64,000 nt of DNA from Candidatus Micrarchaeota archaeon (GTDB taxonomy: Archaea > Micrarchaeota > Micrarchaeia > Micrarchaeales > CABMGC01), in contig JAJZKO010000001.1 of NCBI GenBank assembly GCA_021850805.1, positions 45,885 to 109,884 on the forward strand, read 5' to 3'. Positions 55,263 through 63,149 of the stretch are shown piece by piece (the first letter of the stretch is position 1; each line of letters begins with the position of its first letter). The notes beneath the pieces were generated by a model. It was not told the origin of the DNA, did no database searches, and was given only the letters and a program-made list of their open reading frames with translations. The position numbers and the translations under genes were made by a program.

Positions 55263-56480
55263 TCACGCGAGTTTTAGTTTGCTCCCAAGGCTGAGCCTGA
55301 GGGTTCCTCCAAGCGATCTGGCTATGCTGTCCACTATCGGATATAGTATCATAAGATCTGCGGCAAATATGAAGAACTGTAGTATCATATAGAATCCATA
55401 ATTAAGTATGTAGTTGTAGAAATAGTACACCCCGTTGAATATGTTTGAGCCTATTCCTGCATATTGCGCAAGGTTGACTATGGGCCCTATTGTGAGCTTG
55501 AAGATTGTATCTATTATCTCTGCGCCAGTATCAAGAAAGAACCCGTTTCCGCTTGTGGGAAGCAGGTTGCCTGAAGATGGCCCTGGTGCAGGCGCCACAT
55601 AGACGTATGGGGATATGGCTTGGGTGAGGGGATAGTTGAAGAGCACAAGAATCGATGGGTATACAATCCCTGCGCCAATGCCTATTGCTATAAGGGTGCC
55701 TCCTATATTTCTCGAGAATGGGAATGCCCTGAAGACCAGTCCCAGAGGTATTATCATTGTCAGACTGGCTTCTATTATTGAGTATAGATTGTACATGAGG
55801 CCTACGGTAAGAAGAGAGGTTGGGAATAGTATGAACTTTATCATGTCGTTTAGCATGGACTCGTATTGTGCAAGTATGTGGTTCCCGCTTTCCAGCAGGT
55901 ATGTTGTGTATATTGGGGTTACAGAGAATCCACTGAGGAATGCGCCGACAAAGGGGATTGGTATTGGAACATACAGGCTTATGCTGAGGCCTTGATAGAG
56001 ACCTATTGCTATTCCAAGCGTAGATACACCATTCCATATATTCACAAGGTTTCCGCATACCGTGTTTAGGTATGTATAAGATTCGGAATAGAGCGTGCCG
56101 ATGTTGTTCACGTAGGACGCAGAAGGGGCTGCGGCGCCTGGAATTACAAACAATGCTATGCTGCTTATGAAGGTTATCGCAAGATATATGCCTGCGATAA
56201 GCATAGCGGATTTGGCTATCTCCCAGTACTCGTTCTGCAGCCAGTTCCTTATTCCTGCCGCTGGGAATATCTTGCTGAGCATGTAACCTACAGCAACTAC
56301 ATCGAAGGATAGGGAAAGCGCCAAGAGGGATACAGATATTGCCGCTGATGGCAGCCCTGCAAGCGGCTTGGTCACCTCCGCAGGGCAGAATGTAGATGAC
56401 GCAGCCGAGGATACGCCTACAAATAGTGCCAGTAGCAATGCGCTTAGCATAAGCGTACTCCTTTTACCGCGCATGCTCAT
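55263..56480 (-). CDS. polytopic membrane protein, paralog family member 1 of 6
   Basis: 405 aa. Signal-like MSMRGKRSTLMLSALLLALFVGVSSA. Motif FRAFPFSRNIGGTLIAIGIGAGIVYP. Confidence 0.7.
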   Translation of the reverse strand: MSMRGKRSTLMLSALLLALFVGVSSAASSTFCPAEVTKPLAGLPSAAISVSLLALSLSFDVVAVGYMLSKIFPAAGIRNWLQNEYWEIAKSAMLIAGIYLAITFISSIALFVIPGAAAPSASYVNNIGTLYSESYTYLNTVCGNLVNIWNGVSTLGIAIGLYQGLSISLYVPIPIPFVGAFLSGFSVTPIYTTYLLESGNHILAQYESMLNDMIKFILFPTSLLTVGLMYNLYSIIEASLTMIIPLGLVFRAFPFSRNIGGTLIAIGIGAGIVYPSILVLFNYPLTQAISPYVYVAPAPGPSSGNLLPTSGNGFFLDTGAEIIDTIFKLTIGPIVNLAQYAGIGSNIFNGVYYFYNYILNYGFYMILQFFIFAADLMILYPIVDSIARSLGGTLRLSLGSKLKLA

Positions 56481-56522
56481 ATATAGGTTGCTTGTTTTAT
56501 AAGGTTTATCTCATGCAGGAGG

Positions 56523-57251
56523 TTAATGCCTCAGCAGCGGGAAGCGCCTTATGTACGCTTCTGCGATGAATATGACAAAATAAGGGAGTATGAATACGGA
56601 GTTTATCACCAATGTCACATAGCTCCCTGCCACTCCGAACAGGCCTGAGGATACCAGATCAACAAAGGAAGTTGCAGCTGCGAAGAGCACAAGCCACAGG
56701 ACCACGTATTTAGGGGATGTTACTACAAGCCTTATGCTTCCCTTGAACGAGGCGAAGAACCCCTTGTTGTCTATAACCATCGCCGTAGGCATATAGAATA
56801 TCAGTAGGAATATGATAAGGTTCAACGCCTCAGCCCATATAACCGGGAAGGAGAAGAGGTATGAAGATATGTTTAGTATTATGACAATGAATGCGTAGAA
56901 AAGGAGGATTGAGAATACGCGGCTTATGTATTTCTCTATCTCGAGCATCACCCTCTTGCTTGTCGCCATGTGCGTCTTCTCCGACTTTACAATCAAGCTT
57001 ATGGCAACGAATGCAAAGCTTATGAAGAGCATGGATACGAAGGTTGATATGGTAACCACGGCCAATACCGTAGGGTTTGTATTGACAAATATGCTTGCAG
57101 TCCTCAGGAATATTGCACCTGTGCTTATATACGTAGGCAAAGGAGCGAGCAGCGGTATCAGGAATGCTATCAGGAAGGGTATCGAGAAGAGGATTATAAG
57201 ACGGATATTGTCCCGGTATATCCCGAGCGAGTCGGAAACCACGTTTGCCAT
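56523..57251 (-). CDS. hypothetical polytopic membrane protein
   Basis: 242 aa, about 6 TM. No family recognised. Same strand and chain as the paralog array. Confidence 0.6.
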   Translation of the reverse strand: MANVVSDSLGIYRDNIRLIILFSIPFLIAFLIPLLAPLPTYISTGAIFLRTASIFVNTNPTVLAVVTISTFVSMLFISFAFVAISLIVKSEKTHMATSKRVMLEIEKYISRVFSILLFYAFIVIILNISSYLFSFPVIWAEALNLIIFLLIFYMPTAMVIDNKGFFASFKGSIRLVVTSPKYVVLWLVLFAAATSFVDLVSSGLFGVAGSYVTLVINSVFILPYFVIFIAEAYIRRFPLLRH

Positions 57252-57274
57252 TTTATCTCTCTTCTGATATAGGT

Positions 57275-59185
57275 TCAGCTAAAATTATATATTTCTTTGG
57301 ATATATATACGTCGCTTGAATTGTAGATGTATGCGGAGGCCACGTATATTCTTGAGGTAGTGTTTATGCTGGCATTTATGCGCATTGTTCCTTTGCCTGC
57401 GGCGAGCCTTATAAGATTAGGATTTACTGCACACGGGTATCCGGTGCAGTTGAGTGCGTTGGGTAGTACTTTATCACCCCCTAGCCCGTATATCGTAGGC
57501 TTGGATAGAAGCGAGTTTGACTCTTCCTCTGTGGATACGATAAGATAGAGATCCCTAGGAGCCGTAGATAGATAGTTCAGATTAAAGGAGTAGACTGTAA
57601 GGTTGCCTCTCCTTGCAAGTGTCTGGTTGGTTACATTGATACTAAAATGTGATGCGAATGCGGAATGGTATGTTGCCGGAAGAAACGCGATAAGAAGCAC
57701 TATCAGTATAGCAGAGCAGAGGGCGACGCGGATATTTGTAAGGTGATTTCGTGATGACCCGATAAATTTTATGAAGTCGCTTTTCTTGTATGAAATTATT
57801 GCAACTACGGAAAATAGGCCGAATGTTGCAAAGTAAGTTGCTGATGAACGATCCATAAGCAGGAATGGGATCATGCTCAGGACCGGTATCAGAGCCTTTT
57901 CCCTAGTCACTATAAGGATAGCGACTGCCAGGAGTATTCCGAGAATAAATAACGAAGTATATGAGGGAAGGCTTATTGGATAATAATATGCTAGCGAGTA
58001 GCCGAGAAGGGCATATGAATCAGGGAATATGCCTCCGCTGACAGGATCGAATACAGAGTGCATGAATAAGGCGGGTGACAGAAGCATGAAGTACGAATTT
58101 AATATCAGGAACACTGCGCAGGTTCCTATTAGCGCAACTGCGCCTCTCCGCTTCCCATATTTCATGAATGAATAGATTATAAGGAGCAGGACGGGTATCC
58201 AAAGCTCCTCCTGGAGCGATGCTGCAAGGCCCAGAAGCACCCATGATCTTCTCCACCCTATCTTTGCATATGCCAGTATTATTATAGCAAGCATCAGCGA
58301 TGTGGTTGGTGATGCTACGGTAATGGTGCCTATGCTAAGGAAGATTATTAGCCATGGGATGGGCCTCGCCAGTACCTTTTCCCTGAGGACATATGCAACT
58401 GCAAACAATAGCAGAGCTACGAATACCATTGACTGCACTTGCAGGTCTATGGTGAATATGTTGCTTATTGTAGGCTTTGAGATGAAATAAAACGGGATTG
58501 AGGAAATTAGGTACAGGGCAGGATAGTTAAGGACGCCCACTATTGTATTACTTGCTGTGAAGGTTATGTCGGCTTTGTGACTAAGGGAGAAGAGGAGCTG
58601 GGATATTGACGATGAATATGGATTAAGGCCATGCAATGTTGCGTTTATTGAATAGAAAGTTATAAGCGGCTCGTCCGTAAGTGTGAAGCGCGTTACCACG
58701 ATCCCGTAATACGCTGCGATTATTGCTATGAATAGAATGGATGCCGCTACTATGATTGCTATCTCCTTTCTGCTGCGCCGCGTTGTCTTAAGGCATAGTT
58801 GGATTATCAATGCGGAGCATGCTAACAGCGGAAGAATTACAAGCGCCTGAAGGGTATAGACATATGTGATGGATATGAGGTTAATTGCATAGAATGAAGC
58901 CAGCTTTATATTCATGAATTCAGGATTAGAGAAGAATAGCAGTATGGAGATGGCGCATAGCGCATGCTCAAGCTTCCGCCTGGAGGTTGCTGCTCTGATT
59001 GGAAGGTGCTTATTGCTTATGTAGATTATAGAGTATGATAAGAATGCCAGTGCATATATTGAAAGACTAAGGGAAAACTCGCCAGTAAGAGACGAGATAA
59101 ATGTAAATATAAATAAAAAAAGGGAAATGAAGAATCCATTTCCCCTGAAGTATGCCCAAACCCCGCCTAAAGGATGCTTGGACAC
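57275..59185 (-). CDS. large polytopic membrane protein with C-terminal extracytoplasmic domain (possible GT-C-type glycosyltransferase-like)
   Basis: 636 aa. More than 12 hydrophobic segments, then about 130 aa of sequon-rich soluble C-terminal domain. The GT-C suggestion rests on architecture only. Confidence 0.6.
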   Translation of the reverse strand: MSKHPLGGVWAYFRGNGFFISLFLFIFTFISSLTGEFSLSLSIYALAFLSYSIIYISNKHLPIRAATSRRKLEHALCAISILLFFSNPEFMNIKLASFYAINLISITYVYTLQALVILPLLACSALIIQLCLKTTRRSRKEIAIIVAASILFIAIIAAYYGIVVTRFTLTDEPLITFYSINATLHGLNPYSSSISQLLFSLSHKADITFTASNTIVGVLNYPALYLISSIPFYFISKPTISNIFTIDLQVQSMVFVALLLFAVAYVLREKVLARPIPWLIIFLSIGTITVASPTTSLMLAIIILAYAKIGWRRSWVLLGLAASLQEELWIPVLLLIIYSFMKYGKRRGAVALIGTCAVFLILNSYFMLLSPALFMHSVFDPVSGGIFPDSYALLGYSLAYYYPISLPSYTSLFILGILLAVAILIVTREKALIPVLSMIPFLLMDRSSATYFATFGLFSVVAIISYKKSDFIKFIGSSRNHLTNIRVALCSAILIVLLIAFLPATYHSAFASHFSINVTNQTLARRGNLTVYSFNLNYLSTAPRDLYLIVSTEEESNSLLSKPTIYGLGGDKVLPNALNCTGYPCAVNPNLIRLAAGKGTMRINASINTTSRIYVASAYIYNSSDVYISKEIYNFS

Positions 59186-59210
59186 TTAAGCACTGATGGT
59201 TGTTGCCTTA

Positions 59211-59594
59211 TCAGCAGCTTGCAGGTAGTGTTATTGAACCTCCGCCAGCACCAGCTGTTCCGGAGAATCCTACTACCATATTGACAATGAATGGAGCTAT
59301 TATTACGAGCACCAGCCCGATTACTCCTCCTACTATCATTGCCATAGACCATCCCTGCGCTCCAGCTCTTACGTTTCCAGCTGCAGGCAACAGATGCGCT
59401 ACCGCATAGATGGCACCGCCAGCTATGAAGAGAGCTATAGCCAATACACCTACGACAGTTCGTATTGTATTTACTATGCCGCATATCTGCGAGGTTACTC
59501 CTGTAACTCCCGTTGCTGCTGATGCTATTATACTGGAAAATCCAAGAACCACTAATGCCATATACACTAGGTTCGTGAACTTCGATATGTTCAT
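59211..59594 (-). CDS. small two-helix membrane protein, VirB2/TrbC/CedA1-like pilin candidate
   Basis: Start moved to the internal ATG (MNISKFTNLVYMALVVLGFSSIIASA|ATG). The track start at 59675 overlaps the esterase gene. Signal peptide, then hydrophobic helix, basic loop (PAAGNVRAGAQG) and hydrophobic helix. A TATA-like taataatat lies about 20 nt upstream. Confidence 0.5.
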   Translation of the reverse strand: MNISKFTNLVYMALVVLGFSSIIASAATGVTGVTSQICGIVNTIRTVVGVLAIALFIAGGAIYAVAHLLPAAGNVRAGAQGWSMAMIVGGVIGLVLVIIAPFIVNMVVGFSGTAGAGGGSITLPASC

Positions 59595-59674
59595 ACAATC
59601 AACACGCATATTATTACATTGGCTATTTATAAGCTTTGCCCCATTTTGGGCTGCTATTATTAAATATTTGCCCA

Positions 59675-60721
59675 TTAGCCAAGCTTCTCTTGGAGGAAAG
59701 AGGCTGTGAGGTTCTCTATCTGCGGGATTGAGGGATTTATCGGATGCGGGCCTGCCTGGGAAAAGCTATGTCCAGAGTTATTAACTATTATCAATGTCGC
59801 ATTGTTTCCATGTTCTATAAGCGAGTTGTACAGTACATATGACTGATATGGAGGCACGGTGGTATCCTTATTGCCCTGGAATATCAGGAACGGGGGCTCG
59901 TTGGTACCTATGTAGTTTACCGGGCTTGCGAGCTCGAGCAGCGTGTAGTTGTCCATGAATACCTCATTCAGGTCCTGCTGCCTGTATTCGTTTATCTGCA
60001 CGCTTGTGGAGTTGTGGTATTCATACCACGTTAGATTGCTTGGACCAAAGTTATCTACTACAGCTTCTACACTGCTAGAGTAGTTTGCGTATGGGCCGTT
60101 AGACCATAGGCTGCTATTTGAAGTAAATGCGAGAAGCTGAACTAACTGGCCTCCTGCGCTGCTTCCTACAACTCCTATCTCGTTTGGGTTTATATTATAT
60201 CTCGCTGCGTTGGCCCTGAAGTATCTTACAGCACACTTGACGTCTATTATCTGGGCAGGGAATGGGTATTGCGGCGCAAGCCTGTAGTTTATCGCCGCTA
60301 CTATGAAATTATCCCTTAACAGCGCAGGTACTATGTAATAGCTGTTCTCAGGAAGGGAGGAGCCGTTTACAGTGTATTTTTCTATCTGGGCATAGGTCAA
60401 GTTGAATGCGGATCCTGCATGCCATCCGCCTCCGTGCACAACTATCACCAGAGGCAAAGTTTTGTTCCTGCTGGATGGCGGTAGATAGATATATGCAATG
60501 TCGGAACTGTTCCCTGATGGATTTCCGAACGGGCAGTAGTTTGCCTTGATCATCTGCGGACCGTAGAGCACCCCTACGCCAGACTGCCCCACGGCAGAAC
60601 CGGATTTGGCATGGCTGCCAATAACCAAATACGTGATGAGCATTATTACTATAGCGGTTATTATTGCTGCTATTGCGTATGCCGCTGCGCTGCTCCCTGA
60701 TGGAGTATGCACTTGTATCAT
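59675..60721 (-). CDS. membrane-anchored alpha/beta hydrolase (esterase/lipase, HGG type)
   Basis: 348 aa. N-terminal TM AAAYAIAAIITAIVIMLITYLVIG. Oxyanion VVHGGGWHAGS. Nucleophile elbow VVGSSAGGQL. Confidence 0.85.
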   Translation of the reverse strand: MIQVHTPSGSSAAAYAIAAIITAIVIMLITYLVIGSHAKSGSAVGQSGVGVLYGPQMIKANYCPFGNPSGNSSDIAYIYLPPSSRNKTLPLVIVVHGGGWHAGSAFNLTYAQIEKYTVNGSSLPENSYYIVPALLRDNFIVAAINYRLAPQYPFPAQIIDVKCAVRYFRANAARYNINPNEIGVVGSSAGGQLVQLLAFTSNSSLWSNGPYANYSSSVEAVVDNFGPSNLTWYEYHNSTSVQINEYRQQDLNEVFMDNYTLLELASPVNYIGTNEPPFLIFQGNKDTTVPPYQSYVLYNSLIEHGNNATLIIVNNSGHSFSQAGPHPINPSIPQIENLTASFLQEKLG

Positions 60722-60843
60722 CCTCTCCTAGAACCGCAGGTGCAGCCGCAATCGCAGCCATCCTTACATATGCATCCTGATGAGCAGCCGCACATGCACC
60801 TTCCTCCGCATTCGCATCCCGCGCCTGCGCCCTGATTAGCCAT
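60718..60843 (-). CDS. Cys-rich metallothionein-like peptide (41 aa)
   Basis: Below the track cutoff. My codon-by-codon translation is MANQGAGAGCECGGRCMCGCSSGCICKDGCDCGCTCGSRRG, with 11 Cys, all in C-x-C or C-x(3)-C spacing. Its TGA overlaps the esterase ATG (ATGA). Confidence 0.45.
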   Translation of the reverse strand: MANQGAGAGCECGGRCMCGCSSGCICKDGCDCGCTCGSRRG

Positions 60844-60903
60844 CTCATACCCACTTCCGCTGCGCGTGATATCCGTGCATCTTATCCCTATTATTAATCA
60901 ATC

Positions 60904-61362
60904 ATGGGATTTATATTTGGTTCTATGCATTTCGCTGCAAAATTTATTGTTATTGCAGTTTTGGCTGTGATATTGGTAGTTGCAGTTTATTACGCGTGGA
61001 ACGCGGAAAACCACGGCGCCTCTGTGAACTTTTCTTACGCACATATCAGCCTTGGGGACGGCAGAGTCAATGGGACTTACTGGATAGCAAATACGCTGGA
61101 TGCGCAGGAATACGGATACATGAATGCCTCCTCCCCTGAAGTATTGGGCAATGGAGAGAGGTGCAGCATTTGCACAGGTATGCTCTTTGAATTCGGGTAC
61201 AATCAGGTAATATGCATGTGGATGAAGAATACTAAGATGCACCTCCTGATCAGGTGGTTTTATCTTAACGGGAGCCTATCTTACGAACGCGTAGGGATAC
61301 CTTATAACACAACCCAATACTGCGCATATGCTGCTTATGTCGTTGAGACAGAGACATCATGA
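60904..61362 (+). CDS. hypothetical N-terminally anchored extracytoplasmic protein
   Basis: 152 aa. TM FAAKFIVIAVLAVILVVAVYYAW, then a soluble domain with sequons and Cys residues. No family recognised. Confidence 0.5.
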   Translation: MGFIFGSMHFAAKFIVIAVLAVILVVAVYYAWNAENHGASVNFSYAHISLGDGRVNGTYWIANTLDAQEYGYMNASSPEVLGNGERCSICTGMLFEFGYNQVICMWMKNTKMHLLIRWFYLNGSLSYERVGIPYNTTQYCAYAAYVVETETS

Positions 61363-61371
61363 GCGCCTGGC

Positions 61372-62958
61372 TTATTTGGGCTCTGGATAAAAGTCCATCC
61401 CGTAGATACCGTCTATATTTAATATCCGTGACTTACCTTTCCTTCCCTTCATTACTATAGTGTAAAAGGGAAGCGCAGCTTCCTTGGACCACATAACCCT
61501 AGAACCGGGAAAGAGCGAGGCTGCTATCTTCTCCATATATTTTGATCCGCCTTTTATGCGGTAATGCACAGAATTTGCGTCTGAAGCTTCTTCTGTTCTG
61601 CGCATATCTTCTGGTATCGAGAACCCGTGGGTGACGATTGGAGTGTAATACTTGCCTTCAAGCCTTACCTGCCCTTTCTTTTCGAGCTTTTTAAGAATGG
61701 TTCCTGCACTTATCAGATCCGTCTTCAGCTTTTTTGAGATGTATTCTGCGCTTGTACGGCCACTCTTCTGCACTTCTTCAAGTGCCTTTGCTTCTTCTCC
61801 TGAAAGCCTTGCACCCTTTATGCGCACGCATTCGACCTGCTGCCTTTGTTTAATCCTGAAGGCGAGTCCATCACCTATAAGAACCGTGCTGTCCTCATAT
61901 TCGCCTCGCTTCTTTGAAGGTATGAGTATTCTCATCATATATGCATCTATATATTCGGGGCTTACAGACTCTATCGCCTCTGTCTCGCTCCCGAAGAGCA
62001 TGAATTCCTTCCTTGACTTTTTTCTGGCTATGGATCGTGCGTCGATCTCGTTTACACACCTGGCCAGAGAGGACAGGCGGAGATTATGCTTAGCCTGTAT
62101 TTTTTGCTTCTGTGCAGGAGACGTTTCAGGATTCTTTCCTGCACCCCGTATGTCCTTTAGAAGTTCAGCCATGGGAATGTTCTTTCTTCCATAAGCCTGG
62201 GAGAGCGATGGAGTGCTTCCTGAATGCACCACTTCCCTGCGCTTCACCCTGAGAACCGCTTCTTCGGCTCCCTCAATGCCGAACGGAAGGAAACTGCCGG
62301 TCTGCAGCCTCGGGAGCATATCCAGCTGTTCCTGCCTGCTGAATAGTATCCTTATCGCCTGCACGTCGTTTTCGATGCTCAGCTTTCCTATGAATCCGTA
62401 GGAGCACTGAGCCAGGACATTCTTGCTTATGTTGGCAGGCCTCTGCGTTGCGACTAGAAGCCCTATGCCACGCTTCCTTCCCCTTACGCTGATTTCCTCT
62501 ATCATATTCCTCTTTTGCCTTACTACCTGTGGTGCAAACTTGTCAGCTTCCTCAATTACAACCAGAAACGGCCTTTTGATGCCCTCTTCCATTGAATACA
62601 GCTCAGAGAGCACGGACTGGACGCTCACGTCCTTGTCAAGGGTATCGGAGAGATCATAGATTACAGGTATTCCGTACTTCATGCTCTCTGCAAATACCGC
62701 TCCCATGCGTTCTGATGGTTTTATGTCTGCGGAAGGGTTGCTCTCCGAGATCCATATCGCATTGAATTTTGACTTTATTGATGCATACTCTCCTTCGGTG
62801 TCTATCACCATGAAAGGGAGGCCGAGTTTGCAGAGCTCCTCGACTATTACCCCAACTAGATATGATTTTCCGGAGCCGCTCTGTCCTATAACGCATCCGC
62901 GTCCTGTCATCACCTGCTGTGCGTCTATATTGAAATCTTCAGAGAGATTTATCTGCAA
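61372..62958 (-). CDS. DUF87/HerA-FtsK superfamily ATPase with C-terminal wHTH-like extension
   Basis: 528 aa. Walker A VIGQSGSGKSYL, MVIDTEGEY, Walker B FLVVIEEADKF, and GIGLLVATQRPANI. The C-terminal part includes EEVQKSGRTSAEYISKKLKTDLISAGTILKKLEKKGQV. Confidence 0.8.
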   Translation of the reverse strand: MQINLSEDFNIDAQQVMTGRGCVIGQSGSGKSYLVGVIVEELCKLGLPFMVIDTEGEYASIKSKFNAIWISESNPSADIKPSERMGAVFAESMKYGIPVIYDLSDTLDKDVSVQSVLSELYSMEEGIKRPFLVVIEEADKFAPQVVRQKRNMIEEISVRGRKRGIGLLVATQRPANISKNVLAQCSYGFIGKLSIENDVQAIRILFSRQEQLDMLPRLQTGSFLPFGIEGAEEAVLRVKRREVVHSGSTPSLSQAYGRKNIPMAELLKDIRGAGKNPETSPAQKQKIQAKHNLRLSSLARCVNEIDARSIARKKSRKEFMLFGSETEAIESVSPEYIDAYMMRILIPSKKRGEYEDSTVLIGDGLAFRIKQRQQVECVRIKGARLSGEEAKALEEVQKSGRTSAEYISKKLKTDLISAGTILKKLEKKGQVRLEGKYYTPIVTHGFSIPEDMRRTEEASDANSVHYRIKGGSKYMEKIAASLFPGSRVMWSKEAALPFYTIVMKGRKGKSRILNIDGIYGMDFYPEPK

Positions 62959-63149
62959 TTGCCCACCGCAAGGCGCTTTTTCCTAGCACCGTAACTTATT
63001 ACTTATGCCTTTATTTTATACCTTGCTGTGTGGTACTATCCTGCAGGCGCAGCGTACGCCTGCTTTAATGATATACTTGCGTAAACTGCACAGAAACAAA
63101 GATATAAATTAAATTTAGCGTTTACTTGATTACTAATTCTGGTGGTTTA

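Noticed and set aside
37822-59700. Impression that the membrane-protein block is more AT-rich than the housekeeping half, which would indicate horizontal acquisition.
   Set aside because: I cannot compute GC content here. The N/I/Y/F-rich protein composition could explain the impression. This is left as something to compute (windowed GC, codon usage, tetranucleotide deviation) rather than a claim.
60348-60854. 168-aa ORF overlapping the esterase gene and the upstream region.
   Set aside because: It is an alternative frame of the well-supported alpha/beta hydrolase CDS and is Arg/Ala/Cys-rich. Its 5' part is better explained by the 41-aa C-x-C peptide frame.
63043-63063. A 7-bp perfect stem with a 7-nt loop (gcaggcg cagcgta cgcctgc) between the ATPase and dienelactone hydrolase genes.
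   Set aside because: It is short and isolated, and it lies in a divergent promoter region rather than at a 3' end. It could easily arise by chance.
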